This document shows, in pieces, positions 11,959 to 24,947 of a DNA stretch of 64,000 nt. Location of the stretch: contig OZ024754.1 in assembly GCA_964016885.1 (NCBI GenBank), forward strand, positions 32,116,001-32,180,000, written 5' to 3'. The DNA is from Eledone cirrhosa (taxonomy: Eukaryota). The position numbers and the translations under genes were made by a program. A model generated the notes under the pieces. It made no database searches and was not told where the DNA came from. It was given only the letters and a program-made list of their open reading frames with translations. The first letter of the stretch is position 1. Each line of letters opens with the position of its first letter.

Positions 11959-12400
11959 AAAGTTCTATTTAAATTGTTGGGATACAACAAGCAAATATTT
12001 TTATATCTAATATAAAGAACTCAACAAATATTTGGAGTAAAAATACGATATTAACAAATGGAAACTATATTTATAAAACCATATTTATTTCATTATACAT
12101 ATTTTAAGGACACCAAGTTAAATTATGGTGTGCTTTCATCAGATAAAATATAATATAGAGCAACCATTAAATAAAAATATAATATTAAAATATAATATAG
12201 AGCAACCATTACTGTTGGAAGCTCGCTTCCAACAGTAATGGTTGCATTCTTTAAGGGTGTGTCAATATTTATTTATAAAACTGCTCTATATTATATTTTA
12301 TCTGATGAAAGCACTCCATAATTTAACTTGGTGTCCTTGAAATATGTATAATGAAATAAATATGGTTTTATAAATATAGTTTCCATTTGTTAATATCGTA
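11956..12400. mobile_element. Fold-back element with degenerate HHR core
   Basis: Inverted arms ~12045-12162 / ~12283-12400; CTGATGA at 12302 and GAAA at 12339; extra 20-bp hairpin at 12201-12244. Confidence 0.65.
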
Positions 12401-12489
12401 TATATATATATATATATACTTACGGTAAATATTGATGCAACCCAAATCAAGCACTCAACGTACTTTTTCCACATAGGAATGATGGAGTA

Positions 12490-12527
<38 letters not shown>

Positions 12528-12528
<1 letters not shown>

Positions 12529-12729
12529 CGAAGGAAATGTCGTAAGGAACAAGGTGGACCATAACGCACTAAAGTACTCAATACTTAGGGTAGTAGAGTG
12601 GGTAATAGGAACGAGTAGGATCCCGGCGGCTGAGCTCAAGCCGTTTCGACGGCTAATTCTGGACTAAATTTAGTCCAGAATTAGCCGTCGAAACGGCTTG
12701 AGCTCAGCCGTCGGGGTCCTACTCGTTCC

Positions 12730-12732
<3 letters not shown>
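12528..12732. mobile_element. Fold-back element family E (3' half of HHR on both arms)
   Basis: 64-bp arms centred at 12668/12669; GAA-ACGGCT tgagctc AGCCGT-C; copies at 17210-17422 and 23543-23745. Confidence 0.8.
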
Positions 12733-12771
<39 letters not shown>

Positions 12772-12860
12772 AACAATGATGGTTGGAAAATCACTGACGA
12801 AGGACTATTTTTATCATATGTAACCCATGTGCAAACCACGCAGTATTCTTCTTTCTTCTC

Positions 12861-12990
<130 letters not shown>

Positions 12991-12997
12991 TGTGTGT

Positions 12998-13128
12998 CCA
13001 GGGTTCAATCGGGAGTAACCACAGTAAGTAAGGAACTCAATACATAGTAGAGTATATGCAGGATTTAATATAGAAATGGGTTATACAGGACTAGAACTGT
13101 TTCATACTAATCCTCTAGAAGCCATCGA
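12998..13128 (-). mobile_element. Family A-related fragment truncated within the ribozyme
   Basis: Tail plus GAAACAGTTCTAGTCCTGTA only. Confidence 0.7.
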
Positions 13129-13157
13129 TATATATATATATATATATACATATATAT

Positions 13158-13591
13158 AAAATAAAGTTAAATAAAAAGTCAAATGTTTAAAATTTAGCTT
13201 CGTTTATTACTGCTATATATATTTCAGTGACAGCCATCTTTGGCTGTGACCTCTTCAGGCAGTTTGAATCATATGATTCCAGTTCCTCAGTGAAATAACA
13301 ACCCAACCAGGAACTGGGCATATCAGAGTATTGACAAAATTATACACCTCAACAACATATGTACTTGTCTATACCACACTAATTCAAACTGCCTGAAGAG
13401 GTCACAGCCAAAGATGGCTGTCACCGAAATATATATAGCAGTAATAAACGAAGTTAAATTTTAAACATTTGACTTTTTATTTAACTTTATTTTACATTAC
13501 TCCGGAGTAACCAAACTAACCTGCACACTTCGTCAAGTGCTCCAGCCTGCATACTGAGGTGTTGGTATACAACCAACATATACTCAAAATC
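13158..13591. mobile_element. Fold-back HHR element family C (HHR - 13209-13263, + 13388-13442)
   Basis: Short left arm 13158-13268, full right arm and tail. Confidence 0.85.
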
Positions 13592-13592
13592 T

Positions 13593-13747
<155 letters not shown>

Positions 13748-13792
13748 GTGACGAAACATAAGTCAATTGCATGAACTCATAATCCTTTATTT

Positions 13793-13848
13793 ACTGCTAT
13801 ATATATTTCGATGATAGCCATTGAATGGCTATGACCTCATCAGGCAGT
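13793..13848 (-). ncRNA. Hammerhead ribozyme, family C-related (C2)
   Basis: ACTGC-CTGATGA-GGTCATAGCCAT tca ATGGCTATCATC-GAA-ATATATAT-A-GCAGT-AAATAAA; flanks diverged from family C. Confidence 0.8.
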
Positions 13849-13911
13849 TAGTCAGTTCTTAGATATGCCAGCTCTGTGTTTATAGTGTTGATGGTATCAG
13901 AGCCTTGGGAC

Positions 13912-13945
<34 letters not shown>

Positions 13946-14044
13946 CTGTGTCTGTGTGTAAAAGGTAAACAGAAATAACAACTCAATCGGTACAGTATCT
14001 GGAAGGAATATATTAGGTTAACGTTTGATATAGCAGGAAGAGGG

Positions 14045-14080
14045 TCTTAACGTTTCGGATGCTAGACCTTCATCAGAAGA
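14045..14080 (-). ncRNA. Minimal hammerhead ribozyme (family J)
   Basis: TCTT-CTGATGA-AGGTCTAGCATCC-GAA-ACGT-T-AAGA. Confidence 0.7.
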
Positions 14081-14194
14081 AAGAATGAGAAATAAGATAA
14101 ATTGAAGGGATGGGTGGGATGGAATTGGAAAAAATGTCTTTAGATAAAAAATAACAGATCCATTCATGTTGACATTTCTTGGATATATATACAT

Positions 14195-14237
<43 letters not shown>

Positions 14238-14534
14238 AATTGATACAATTATATATATATATAGTAATTATATGTATTTGAACTGAAGCATATATACCAA
14301 TGAGAGAGCGGTAAGTTGCCACCACGCCGCACCAAATTGATTTGCGCTATTCATTACTCAGTGTACGCTCAACATAGCTTGTAAGGTGGAACGCCACCAG
14401 TATCGATTTTGTCGGTCAAATTCTCCTCGTGATGGTTGGTGTGGGGTGGGGCATCAATAAAATGAGTACCAGTGAAGTACTGAGATCGATTCTATAGGTA
14501 GCACATGTGCTACCAATATTTGTGGCTCTTTGGC

Positions 14535-14633
14535 AAAGGTTAACTTTGCCTTTCATCCTTTCGGGGTCGATAAAATAAAGTACCAGTAATACACTGGGTA
14601 TTTGCTGGCCTTGTGCCAAATGTAGAAACAATA
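14535..14633 (+). mobile_element. SINE 3' half
   Basis: Core and 3' end as at 8823; similar partial copies at 23748-23870 and 27063-27163. Confidence 0.75.
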
Positions 14634-14871
14634 ATTATACATATATTTATATATACATACGTACGTACATACATACATGTAAATATACATATATTTATAT
14701 ATACGTACGTACGTACATACATACATATAAATATACATATATTTATATATACATACGTACATAATACATATATACGTACGTACGTACATACATTCATACA
14801 TATATACATACGTACATACGTACATACATACATATATATATACATACATATGCATGTACGTACGTACGCAC

Positions 14872-14922
<51 letters not shown>

Positions 14923-14959
14923 CGTACGTACGTACTTATATACATACATAAACACATAC

Positions 14960-15328
14960 AGCAATATGAACAACGACAGTAACAATAATAACAAAAACAG
15001 TAACAATAGCAACAACAACAGTAACAATAACAGCAACAGCAACAACAACAACAACAACAGTAACAACAATAACAACAGTAACAATAATAACAACAATAAC
15101 AACAATAACAACAACACTAACAACAATAACAACAGTAACAACAACAATAAGAACAACAGTAACAACAACAACAGTAACAACAACAACAACAACAGTAACA
15201 ACAACAACAGTAACAACAACAACAGTAACAACAATAACAACAATAGTAACAACAACAACAACAACAACAGTAACAACAATAACAACAATAGTAACAACAA
15301 CAACAACAACAACAACAACAATAACAAC
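14960..15328. repeat. (AAC/AAT/AGT)n trinucleotide repeat
   Basis: Direct reading. Confidence 0.95.
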
Positions 15329-15404
15329 TCCGTTCGCCATCAATAAAAGATTGTAAAAGTTTTTAATCTGATCCAGTAAAAAGTCCCAATATTTTTAATG
15401 TAAC

Positions 15405-16604
15405 GATAGAACCTCGTGTAGTAGATAGTGTATGATAGAACCTCGTGTAGTAGATAGTGTATGATAGAACCTCGTGTAGTAAATAGTGTATGATAGAACC
15501 TCGTGTAGTAGATAGTGTATGATAGAACCTCGTGTAGTAGATAGTGTATGATAGAACCTCGTGTAGTAGATAGTGTATGATAGAACCTCGTGTAGTAGAT
15601 AGTGTATGATAGAACCTCGTGTAGTAGATAGTGTATGATAGAACCTCGTGTAGTAGATAGTGTATGATAGAACCTCATGTAGTTGATAGTGTATGATAGA
15701 ACCTCGTGTAGTAGATAGTGTATGATAGAACCCCGTGTAGTAGATAGTGTATGATAGAACCTCGTGTAGTAGATAGTGTATGATAGAACCTCGTGTAGTA
15801 AATAGTGTATGATAGAACCTCATGTAGTAGATAGTGTATGATAGAACCTCGTGTAGTAAATAGTGTATGATAGAACCTCGTGTAGTAGATAGTGTATGAT
15901 AGAACCTCATGTAGTAGATAGTGTATGATAGAACCCCGTGTAGTAAATAGTGTATGATAGAACCTCGTGTAGTAGATAGTGTATGATAGAACCTCATGTA
16001 GTTGATAGTGTATGATAGAACCTCGTGTAGTAGATAGTGTATGATAGAACCCCGTGTAGTAGATAGTGTATGATAGAACCTCATGTAGTAGATAGTGTAT
16101 GATAGAACCTCGTGTAGTAAATAGTGTATGATAGAACCTCGTGTAGTAGATAGTGTATGATAGAACCTCATGTAGTAGATAGTGTATGATAGAACCTCGT
16201 GTAGTAGATAGTGTATGATAGAACCTCGTGTAGTAGATAGTGTATGATAGAACCTCATGTAGTAGATAGTGTATGATAGAACCTCGTGTAGTAGATAGTG
16301 TATGATAGAACCTCATGTAGTAGATAGTGTATGATAGAACCTCATGTAGTAGATAGTGTATGATAGAACCTCGTGTAGTAGATAGTGTATGATAGAACCT
16401 CATGTAGTAGATAGAGTATGATAGAACCTCGTGTAGTAGATAGAGTATGATAGAACCTCATGTAGTAGATAGTGTATGATAGAACCTCATGTAGTAGATA
16501 GTGTATGATAGAACCTCATGTAGTAGATAGAGTATGATAGAACCTCGTGATAGAACCTCATGATAGAACCTCAATATAAGTAGATAGTGCATGATAGAAC
16601 CTCA
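15405..16604. repeat. 29-bp minisatellite, about 40 copies
   Basis: Unit gatagaacctcgtgtagtagatagtgtat. Confidence 0.95.
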
Positions 16605-16756
16605 TATATATATATATATATATATAAGGGGAAACAGGGGCTGTGTAGTTGCAGGATATGGTGTACTTATAAATAAGAGGAAAGCACGAACAGGAGAAAA
16701 ATTTTCCTTCATCAGTTGTCTGCTGGGGATCATGGATATTTCTACGCATTAAAGAC

Positions 16757-16868
<112 letters not shown>

Positions 16869-16895
16869 TATATATATATATGTATATATATATAT

Positions 16896-16952
<57 letters not shown>

Positions 16953-17004
16953 CATATGTATATGTATATATATAATTATGTAATAAACAACACAATACAA
17001 TTTA

Positions 17005-17073
17005 TCCATTACTCAAGGTTTCACGAAGTCAGACGATTCTAACAGAAGCGTCTGAAGTCGTACATCAGATAGA
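17005..17073 (-). ncRNA. Hammerhead-like ribozyme, family H-related, with A9 substituted
   Basis: TCTAT-CTGATGT-ACGA..TCAGACG..CGTCTGA..TCGT-GAA-ACCTTGAGT-A-ATGGA; element 16972-17151 shares end and tail with 53975-54242. Confidence 0.6.
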
Positions 17074-17148
17074 AATCTTTGATAATTAAATACCTTTCTT
17101 CTATACATAGAGCACTCTTCTTTCCTGTATTGTTTCCACGGAAATACT

Positions 17149-17209
<61 letters not shown>

Positions 17210-17214
<5 letters not shown>

Positions 17215-17420
17215 AACGAGTAGGACCCCGACGGCTGAGCTCAAGCCGTTTCGACGGCTAATTCTGGACTAAATGAAAAATTTAGTCCAGAATTAGCCGT
17301 CGAAACGGCTTGAGCTCAGCCGTCGGGGTCCTACTCGTTCCTATTACCCACTCTACTACCCTAAGTATTGAGTACTTTGGTGCGTTATGGTCCACCTGGT
17401 TCCTTACCACATTTCCTCCG

Positions 17421-17422
<2 letters not shown>
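17210..17422. mobile_element. Fold-back element family E
   Basis: Perfect ~65-bp arms around a gaaaa loop (17275-17279) plus tail; (TA)n flanks. Confidence 0.8.
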
Positions 17423-17464
<42 letters not shown>

Positions 17465-17730
17465 ACAGGGAGAAAGAGACGATTATTAGGAAGAAAAATA
17501 TATTTTTTTCCTTTTTTATCTCTCTCTCTCTTTTTTCTGGGTTAGAAAATGATTAAAACGAAATGTTTTACTTTGTGTGAAGTGTTAAGGTATTAGTTGA
17601 TTTATTTATTAATTAACAATGGCATTTATTTATCTATTTATATATTAAATAATTGTCTATATTATATATGAAATATATATATATGAAATGGAAAATGCAA
17701 CTGGAGTCTTTTTAAGAATATTTATTTGGT

Positions 17731-17770
17731 TCCTTTACCGGTTTCGCAGTTCTTGTGCTTTTCAAAAGTA
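17731..17770 (-). ncRNA. Hammerhead ribozyme, U3-A8 variant (family G)
   Basis: CTT-TTGAAAA-GCA caagaac TGC-GAA-ACCGGT-A-AAG. Confidence 0.6.
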
Positions 17771-17880
17771 GAATTGAGATGGAGGGTTTGTGGTATATAT
17801 ATTTATGAGAGAGAGAGAAAGAAAGAATGAGTGAGTGAGTGAGTGAGTGAGAGAGAAAGAGAGAAAGAGAGAGAGAGAGA

Positions 17881-17927
<47 letters not shown>

Positions 17928-18071
17928 CAGACTTTATATCTTGAAGTGTTAAATACAATACATTTCGAGCCACTGTAATCTGACTGTGTTCAATAAATAG
18001 TTAAGAATAAGTTGAAATCTCTCACTATCACTATCAACATCCTCCTCCTCCTCCTCATCATCATCATCATC

Positions 18072-18109
<38 letters not shown>

Positions 18110-18157
18110 CAACAACAGCAGCAGTAGTAGTAGTAGTAGTAGCAGCAGCAACAGCAA

Positions 18158-18190
<33 letters not shown>

Positions 18191-18355
18191 TAGTAGTAGC
18201 AGCAGCAGCAGCAGCAGCACTAGTAGTAGTAGTAGTAGTAGTAGTAGTAATAGTAGCAACAGCAGCACCAGCAGTAGTAGTAGTAGTAGTAAAGTAGCAA
18301 CAGCAGCACCAGCAGTAGTAGTAGTAGGAGTAGTAGTAGTAGCAGCAGCAGCAAC

Positions 18356-18393
<38 letters not shown>

Positions 18394-18400
18394 CAGCAGC

Positions 18401-18474
<74 letters not shown>

Positions 18475-18484
18475 TAGTAGTAGT

Positions 18485-18528
<44 letters not shown>

Positions 18529-18662
18529 CAGTAGTAGTAGTAGTAGTAGTAGTAGTAGCAGCAGTAGCAGTAGCAGTAGTAGTAGTAGTAGTAGCAGCAG
18601 CAGCAGTAGCAGCAGCAGCAGTAGCAGCAGCAGCAGTAGTAGTAGTAGTAGTAGTAGTAGTT
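18072..18662. repeat. (AGT/AGC)n repeat
   Basis: Direct reading. Confidence 0.95.
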
Positions 18663-18927
18663 AGTTAGTAACTAAGAGATCTAGCTGTTATAACAGTATC
18701 ATGTCTGTGTTATTGTTGTCAGCTATGGATTTATCAGTAAGATTGGAAGATTGGAAGATTGGAAGATTTATGGCCAGAAATAAACATCACAAGTGAACGC
18801 TGCTATACAATAGTTATTGAAATATTTGTTGGTTCTTTGTATTTCGTATTTTATATTTTAGATGGAATCAATGTTGATATATATGAGAAGGATAAATGAT
18901 TTTACCGTTTGGATTTTTAGTGTTGTG

Positions 18928-19036
<109 letters not shown>

Positions 19037-19090
19037 TTCGGACCTTGAAATCTTGTGTAGCGCCGTTGTTCTGTGTTTAAACATAAATAA

Positions 19091-19201
<111 letters not shown>

Positions 19202-19888
19202 GTGTGTGTAAAAGAGTTTAGATGAGTTGATAATACAACCATATAAAGGCAAAACATATTTCAAAGCTCAATGTGATTTTCGGACTTGTAATATTATGGA
19301 GAATGTATTTGTTATCATTCGTATACATCGAAATTTATTGCGCAACCTTAGCTTTCATGGTTTGATTATCTTACATGAGTGCAACCAATGTTTGTCAGTC
19401 ATATCTTCAGGCGAACTCTAAACAAATGTAGACCGCATGTAATAAAATAAATAATGTTAAAAAAGCCTAGTTCATACAACAACAGGTCAAAGAAATGTAC
19501 CAGTGACAATAGCAAAATTTCCAGGGATTTAAACCTTATAATGAATACCTCAACACCAAAAATGAAATTTTCAGGAACTGCTTACATTTCAAAAAATACT
19601 TGCTCTCTTCATGGAAACACCATCTCCCAGACACACAGCCTACAAAATACACTTGAAAAATATCGTACATGCTTACAGTCAGTCACTCAAACTATTACGA
19701 TATTTTCGCCCCCTCGTCTCTCATACTTCACACTTTGAAATACATCTTTACAAATCATGAACTGAACATACCAACTGTATAACAAATTGTCACCTTCTAC
19801 ATCTTATCTTATTTTCTTCTTCTCCACAGACTCAGTGTAATTCTCTCTCTCTCTGTATATATAGGGCGGGAAATTAGTAAATATTTAG

Positions 19889-20575
<687 letters not shown>

Positions 20576-20846
20576 GTAAAAAAGGAAAAAGACAGTAGAA
20601 AATGTTAAAGGGATTTTCTCTCAGAATAACATCAAAACATCTATTTACAAAATAGAGATTTCCACATTTAATTGTACCGGTTTCAGCTTATATGTTTTTC
20701 AACGACGGAAGTGTATAATGCAATTAAATTGCATATTAATAAGAAAATGGGGGGAAAAATTTGTTTTTACATACATATATAGGGAGGAAAGTTCACATTT
20801 TAGTCTGTAGCTTTCTTTCTCTCTTAGTGTTGACCTTAGCCTTACC

Positions 20847-20923
<77 letters not shown>

Positions 20924-20934
20924 GTATATATATA

Positions 20935-20965
<31 letters not shown>

Positions 20966-21088
20966 GAATATAGACATAGAATATTCGAAAATATTCTGTA
21001 TGTTTATAATAAACATTTTGAAGACCTAATCGCTATAGAATAGAATACGTCACGTATTACAATTAGATTCTCGATAAAAGCAAGGGAA

Positions 21089-21131
21089 GTAATCTACGCG
21101 TTTCATTCTTATTAGAAATCTTCAGGACTAC
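21089..21131 (-). ncRNA. Hammerhead ribozyme (family D), repeated every 310 bp to 22949-22991 (7 copies)
   Basis: GTAGTC-CTGAAGA-TTTCT aata AGAAT-GAA-ACGCGT-A-GATTAC. Confidence 0.88.
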
Positions 21132-23155
21132 ATATCCAGTGCTTTTATCGAGAATGACACAGCTAGAGACTTATAGAATACTTAGCTGTGTACAGGAACT
21201 GGTTTGAAAGAGCGGTTGCCGGTCCGGCAGAAATTAGAAATTGGAATAAATGCTCTGAAATAGCGATATATATGTGAATATAGACATAGAATATTCGAAA
21301 ATATTCTGTATGTTTATAATAAACATTTTGAAGACCTAATCGCTATAGAATAGAATACGTCACGTATTACAATTAGATTCTCGATAAAAGCAAGGGAAGT
21401 AATCTACGCGTTTCATTCTTATTAGAAATCTTCAGGACTACATATCCAGTGCTTTTATCGAGAATGACACAGCTAGAGACTTATAGAATACTTAGCTGTG
21501 TACAGGAACTGGTTTGAAAGAGCGGTTGCCGGTCCGGCAGAAATTAGAAATTGGAATAAATGCTCTGAAATAGCGATATATATGTGAATATAGACATAGA
21601 ATATTCGAAAATATTCTGTATGTTTATAATAAACATTTTGAAGACCTAATCGCTATAGAATAGAATACGTCACGTATTACAATTAGATTCTCGATAAAAG
21701 CAAGGGAAGTAATCTACGCGTTTCATTCTTATTAGAAATCTTCAGGACTACATATCCAGTGCTTTTATCGAGAATGACACAGCTAGAGACTTATAGAATA
21801 CTTAGCTGTGTACAGGAACTGGTTTGAAAGAGCGGTTGCCGGTCCGGCAGAAATTAGAAATTGGAATAAATGCTCTGAAATAGCGATATATATGTGAATA
21901 TAGACATAGAATATTCGAAAATATTCTGTATGTTTATAATAAACATTTTGAAGACCTAATCGCTATAGAATAGAATACGTCACGTATTACAATTAGATTC
22001 TCGATAAAAGCAAGGGAAGTAATCTACGCGTTTCATTCTTATTAGAAATCTTCAGGACTACATATCCAGTGCTTTTATCGAGAATGACACAGCTAGAGAC
22101 TTATAGAATACTTAGCTGTGTACAGGAACTGGTTTGAAAGAGCGGTTGCCGGTCCGGCAGAAATTAGAAATTGGAATAAATGCTCTGAAATAGCGATATA
22201 TATGTGAATATAGACATAGAATATTCGAAAATATTCTGTATGTTTATAATAAACATTTTGAAGACCTAATCGCTATAGAATAGAATACGTCACGTATTAC
22301 AATTAGATTCTCGATAAAAGCAAGGGAAGTAATCTACGCGTTTCATTCTTATTAGAAATCTTCAGGACTACATATCCAGTGCTTTTATCGAGAATGACAC
22401 AGCTAGAGACTTATAGAATACTTAGCTGTGTACAGGAACTGGTTTGAAAGAGCGGTTGCCGGTCCGGCAGAAATTAGAAATTGGAATAAATGCTCTGAAA
22501 TAGCGATATATATGTGAATATAGACATAGAATATTCGAAAATATTCTGTATGTTTATAATAAACATTTTGAAGACCTAATCGCTATAGAATAGAATACGT
22601 CACGTATTACAATTAGATTCTCGATAAAAGCAAGGGAAGTAATCTACGCGTTTCATTCTTATTAGAAATCTTCAGGACTACATATCCAGTGCTTTTATCG
22701 AGAATGACACAGCTAGAGACTTATAGAATACTTAGCTGTGTACAGGAACTGGTTTGAAAGAGCGGTTGCCGGTCCGGCAGAAATTAGAAATTGGAATAAA
22801 TGCTCTGAAATAGTGATATATATGTGAATATAGACATAGAATATTCGAAAATATTCTGTATGTTTATAATAAACATTTTGAAGACCTAATCGCTATAGAA
22901 TAGAATACGTCACGTATTACAATTAGATTCTCGATAAAAGCAAGGGAAGTAATCTACGCGTTTCATTCTTATTAGAAATCTTCAGGACTACATATCCAGT
23001 GCTTTTATCCAGTGCTTTTATCGCTATTTCAGAGCATTTATTCCAATTTCTAATTTCTGCCGGACCGGCAACCGCTCTTTCAAACCAGTTCCTGTACACA
23101 GCTAAGTATTCTATAAGTCTCTAGCTGTGTCATTCTCGATAAAAGCACTGGATAT

Positions 23156-23198
23156 GTAGTCCTGAAGATTTCTAATAAGAATGAAACGCGTAGATTAC
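23156..23198 (+). ncRNA. Hammerhead ribozyme (family D, inverted unit)
   Basis: Same motif on the + strand. Confidence 0.88.
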
Positions 23199-23351
23199 TT
23201 CCCTTGCTTTTATCGAGAATCTAATTGTAATACGTGACGTATTCTATTCTATAGCGATTAGGTCTTCAAAATGTTTATTATAAACATACAGAATATTTTC
23301 GAATATTCTATGTCTATATTCACATATATATCGCTATTTCAGAGCATTTAT

Positions 23352-23433
<82 letters not shown>

Positions 23434-23434
23434 T

Positions 23435-23491
<57 letters not shown>

Positions 23492-23492
23492 T

Positions 23493-23542
<50 letters not shown>

Positions 23543-23543
<1 letters not shown>

Positions 23544-23745
23544 CGAAGGAAGTGTGGTAAGGAATCAGGTGGACCATAACGCATCAGAGTTCTCGATACT
23601 TTGGGTAGTAGAGTAGGTAATAGGAAAAGGTTCAGGACCCCGACGGCAGAGTTCAAGCCATTTCGACGGCTATGTCTGGACGCAGAAATAGCCGTCGAAA
23701 CGGCTTGAGCTCTGCCGTCGGGGAAGGGGAAAGAACCGTCGGATA
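23543..23745. mobile_element. Family E diverged copy
   Basis: Same tail and fold-back as 12528-12732. Confidence 0.75.
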
Positions 23746-24149
23746 ACATGCTTTACCTTTCATCCTTACGGGGTCGATAAAATAAATTACCAGTAATGTA
23801 CTGGGGTCGATTTCGTCGACTTCCCCCTCCCCCAAAACTGCTGGCCTTGTGTCTAAGTCAGAAACCATTATTATTATTATTGTAGGATATAATGGCCGAA
23901 TATATGCATGTATGTATATATGTATGTATAAGGCGGGGTCAGCCATGATGTATGTATGTATGTATGTATGTATGTATGTATGTATGTATGTATGTATGTA
24001 TGTATGTATGTATGTATGTATGTGTGTGTTTGTGTGTATGTATGCATGTATGTATATATGTATGTATAAGGATGGGGCAGCTATGATGTATGTATGTATG
24101 CATGTATGTGTGTGTTTGTGTGTATGTATGTATGTATGTACGTATGTAT

Positions 24150-24675
24150 GTCGGGTCACTCTTGAGTGCTACTGGTAACATGTAACCCAGTACAACCTGT
24201 CGCATGGTCGGGTCGTTGGCGACTAAACCGGCAACCTCACCAAGTTTACTTGGCGAGGAGGCTGATTTTGGACACCCAGCAGGCAGGACAAAAAACAAAA
24301 CCTGACAAAGGGCGGAAGAACTCATAAGAATCAATGGCCATCCGAAAGTGTGTAAATATGTATATATATATATGCATGTATACTTATGTGTATATATGCG
24401 CGGGGACATAGGAATAATCGGGCTGGATACGCGATCGCGCGGTTAAACCACTGGGAGTGAAGGACCCCTAGCCTTTGTCAGGGCATTCTTCTAGGAGAAG
24501 GCAACTCAGGAAACTGGGATAACTCCAATATAAAACCTGCGGCTCAGTAGTTTCCGATGATGTTTATCTTTTCTTCTTTTCGGGTTATAGCTACTGTCGC
24601 TCAGAGAGTGGGATTGGCTCAGTGCACAGTCTTTCCACACTTTAAAAAAATCTTCACGCACAGGCATTGTACGAT
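24150..24675 (+). mobile_element. 5' region of RTE-like element (interrupted)
   Basis: Homologous to 24948-25350 (gtgctactggtaacatgta.cccagtacaacctgtc.catggtcgggtcgttggcgactaaac). Confidence 0.6.
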
Positions 24676-24947
24676 AGAATTAATTAATAATTATTAATAA
24701 TGGTATATCGTGCAATTACCATACTCGATAACGAGGGGGCAACCATCATGTATATATGTATGTATGTATGTGTATATATGTGTGTATGTATGTATGTGTG
24801 TATATATGTATGTATGTATTTATATATGTGTGTATGTATGTATGTATGTATGTATGTGTGTATGTATGTATGTGTGTATATATGTGTGTATGTATGTATT
24901 TATGTATGTATGTATGTATGTATGTATGTATGTATGTATGTATGTAT

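Larger units (their letters stand above)
20965..23357 (-). mobile_element. Retrozyme-like 310-bp tandem array (about 6.6 units) plus inverted ~1.1 unit (family D)
   Basis: Unit starts at 20965, 21275, 21585, 21895, 22205, 22515, 22825; inversion from ~23019; (TA)n flanks; one HHR per unit. Confidence 0.92.

Noticed and set aside
15405-16604. CRISPR-like regular repeat (also 31412, 36202, 59619, 62274)
   Set aside because: Units are contiguous with no unique spacers, no cas genes, eukaryotic context; these are minisatellites
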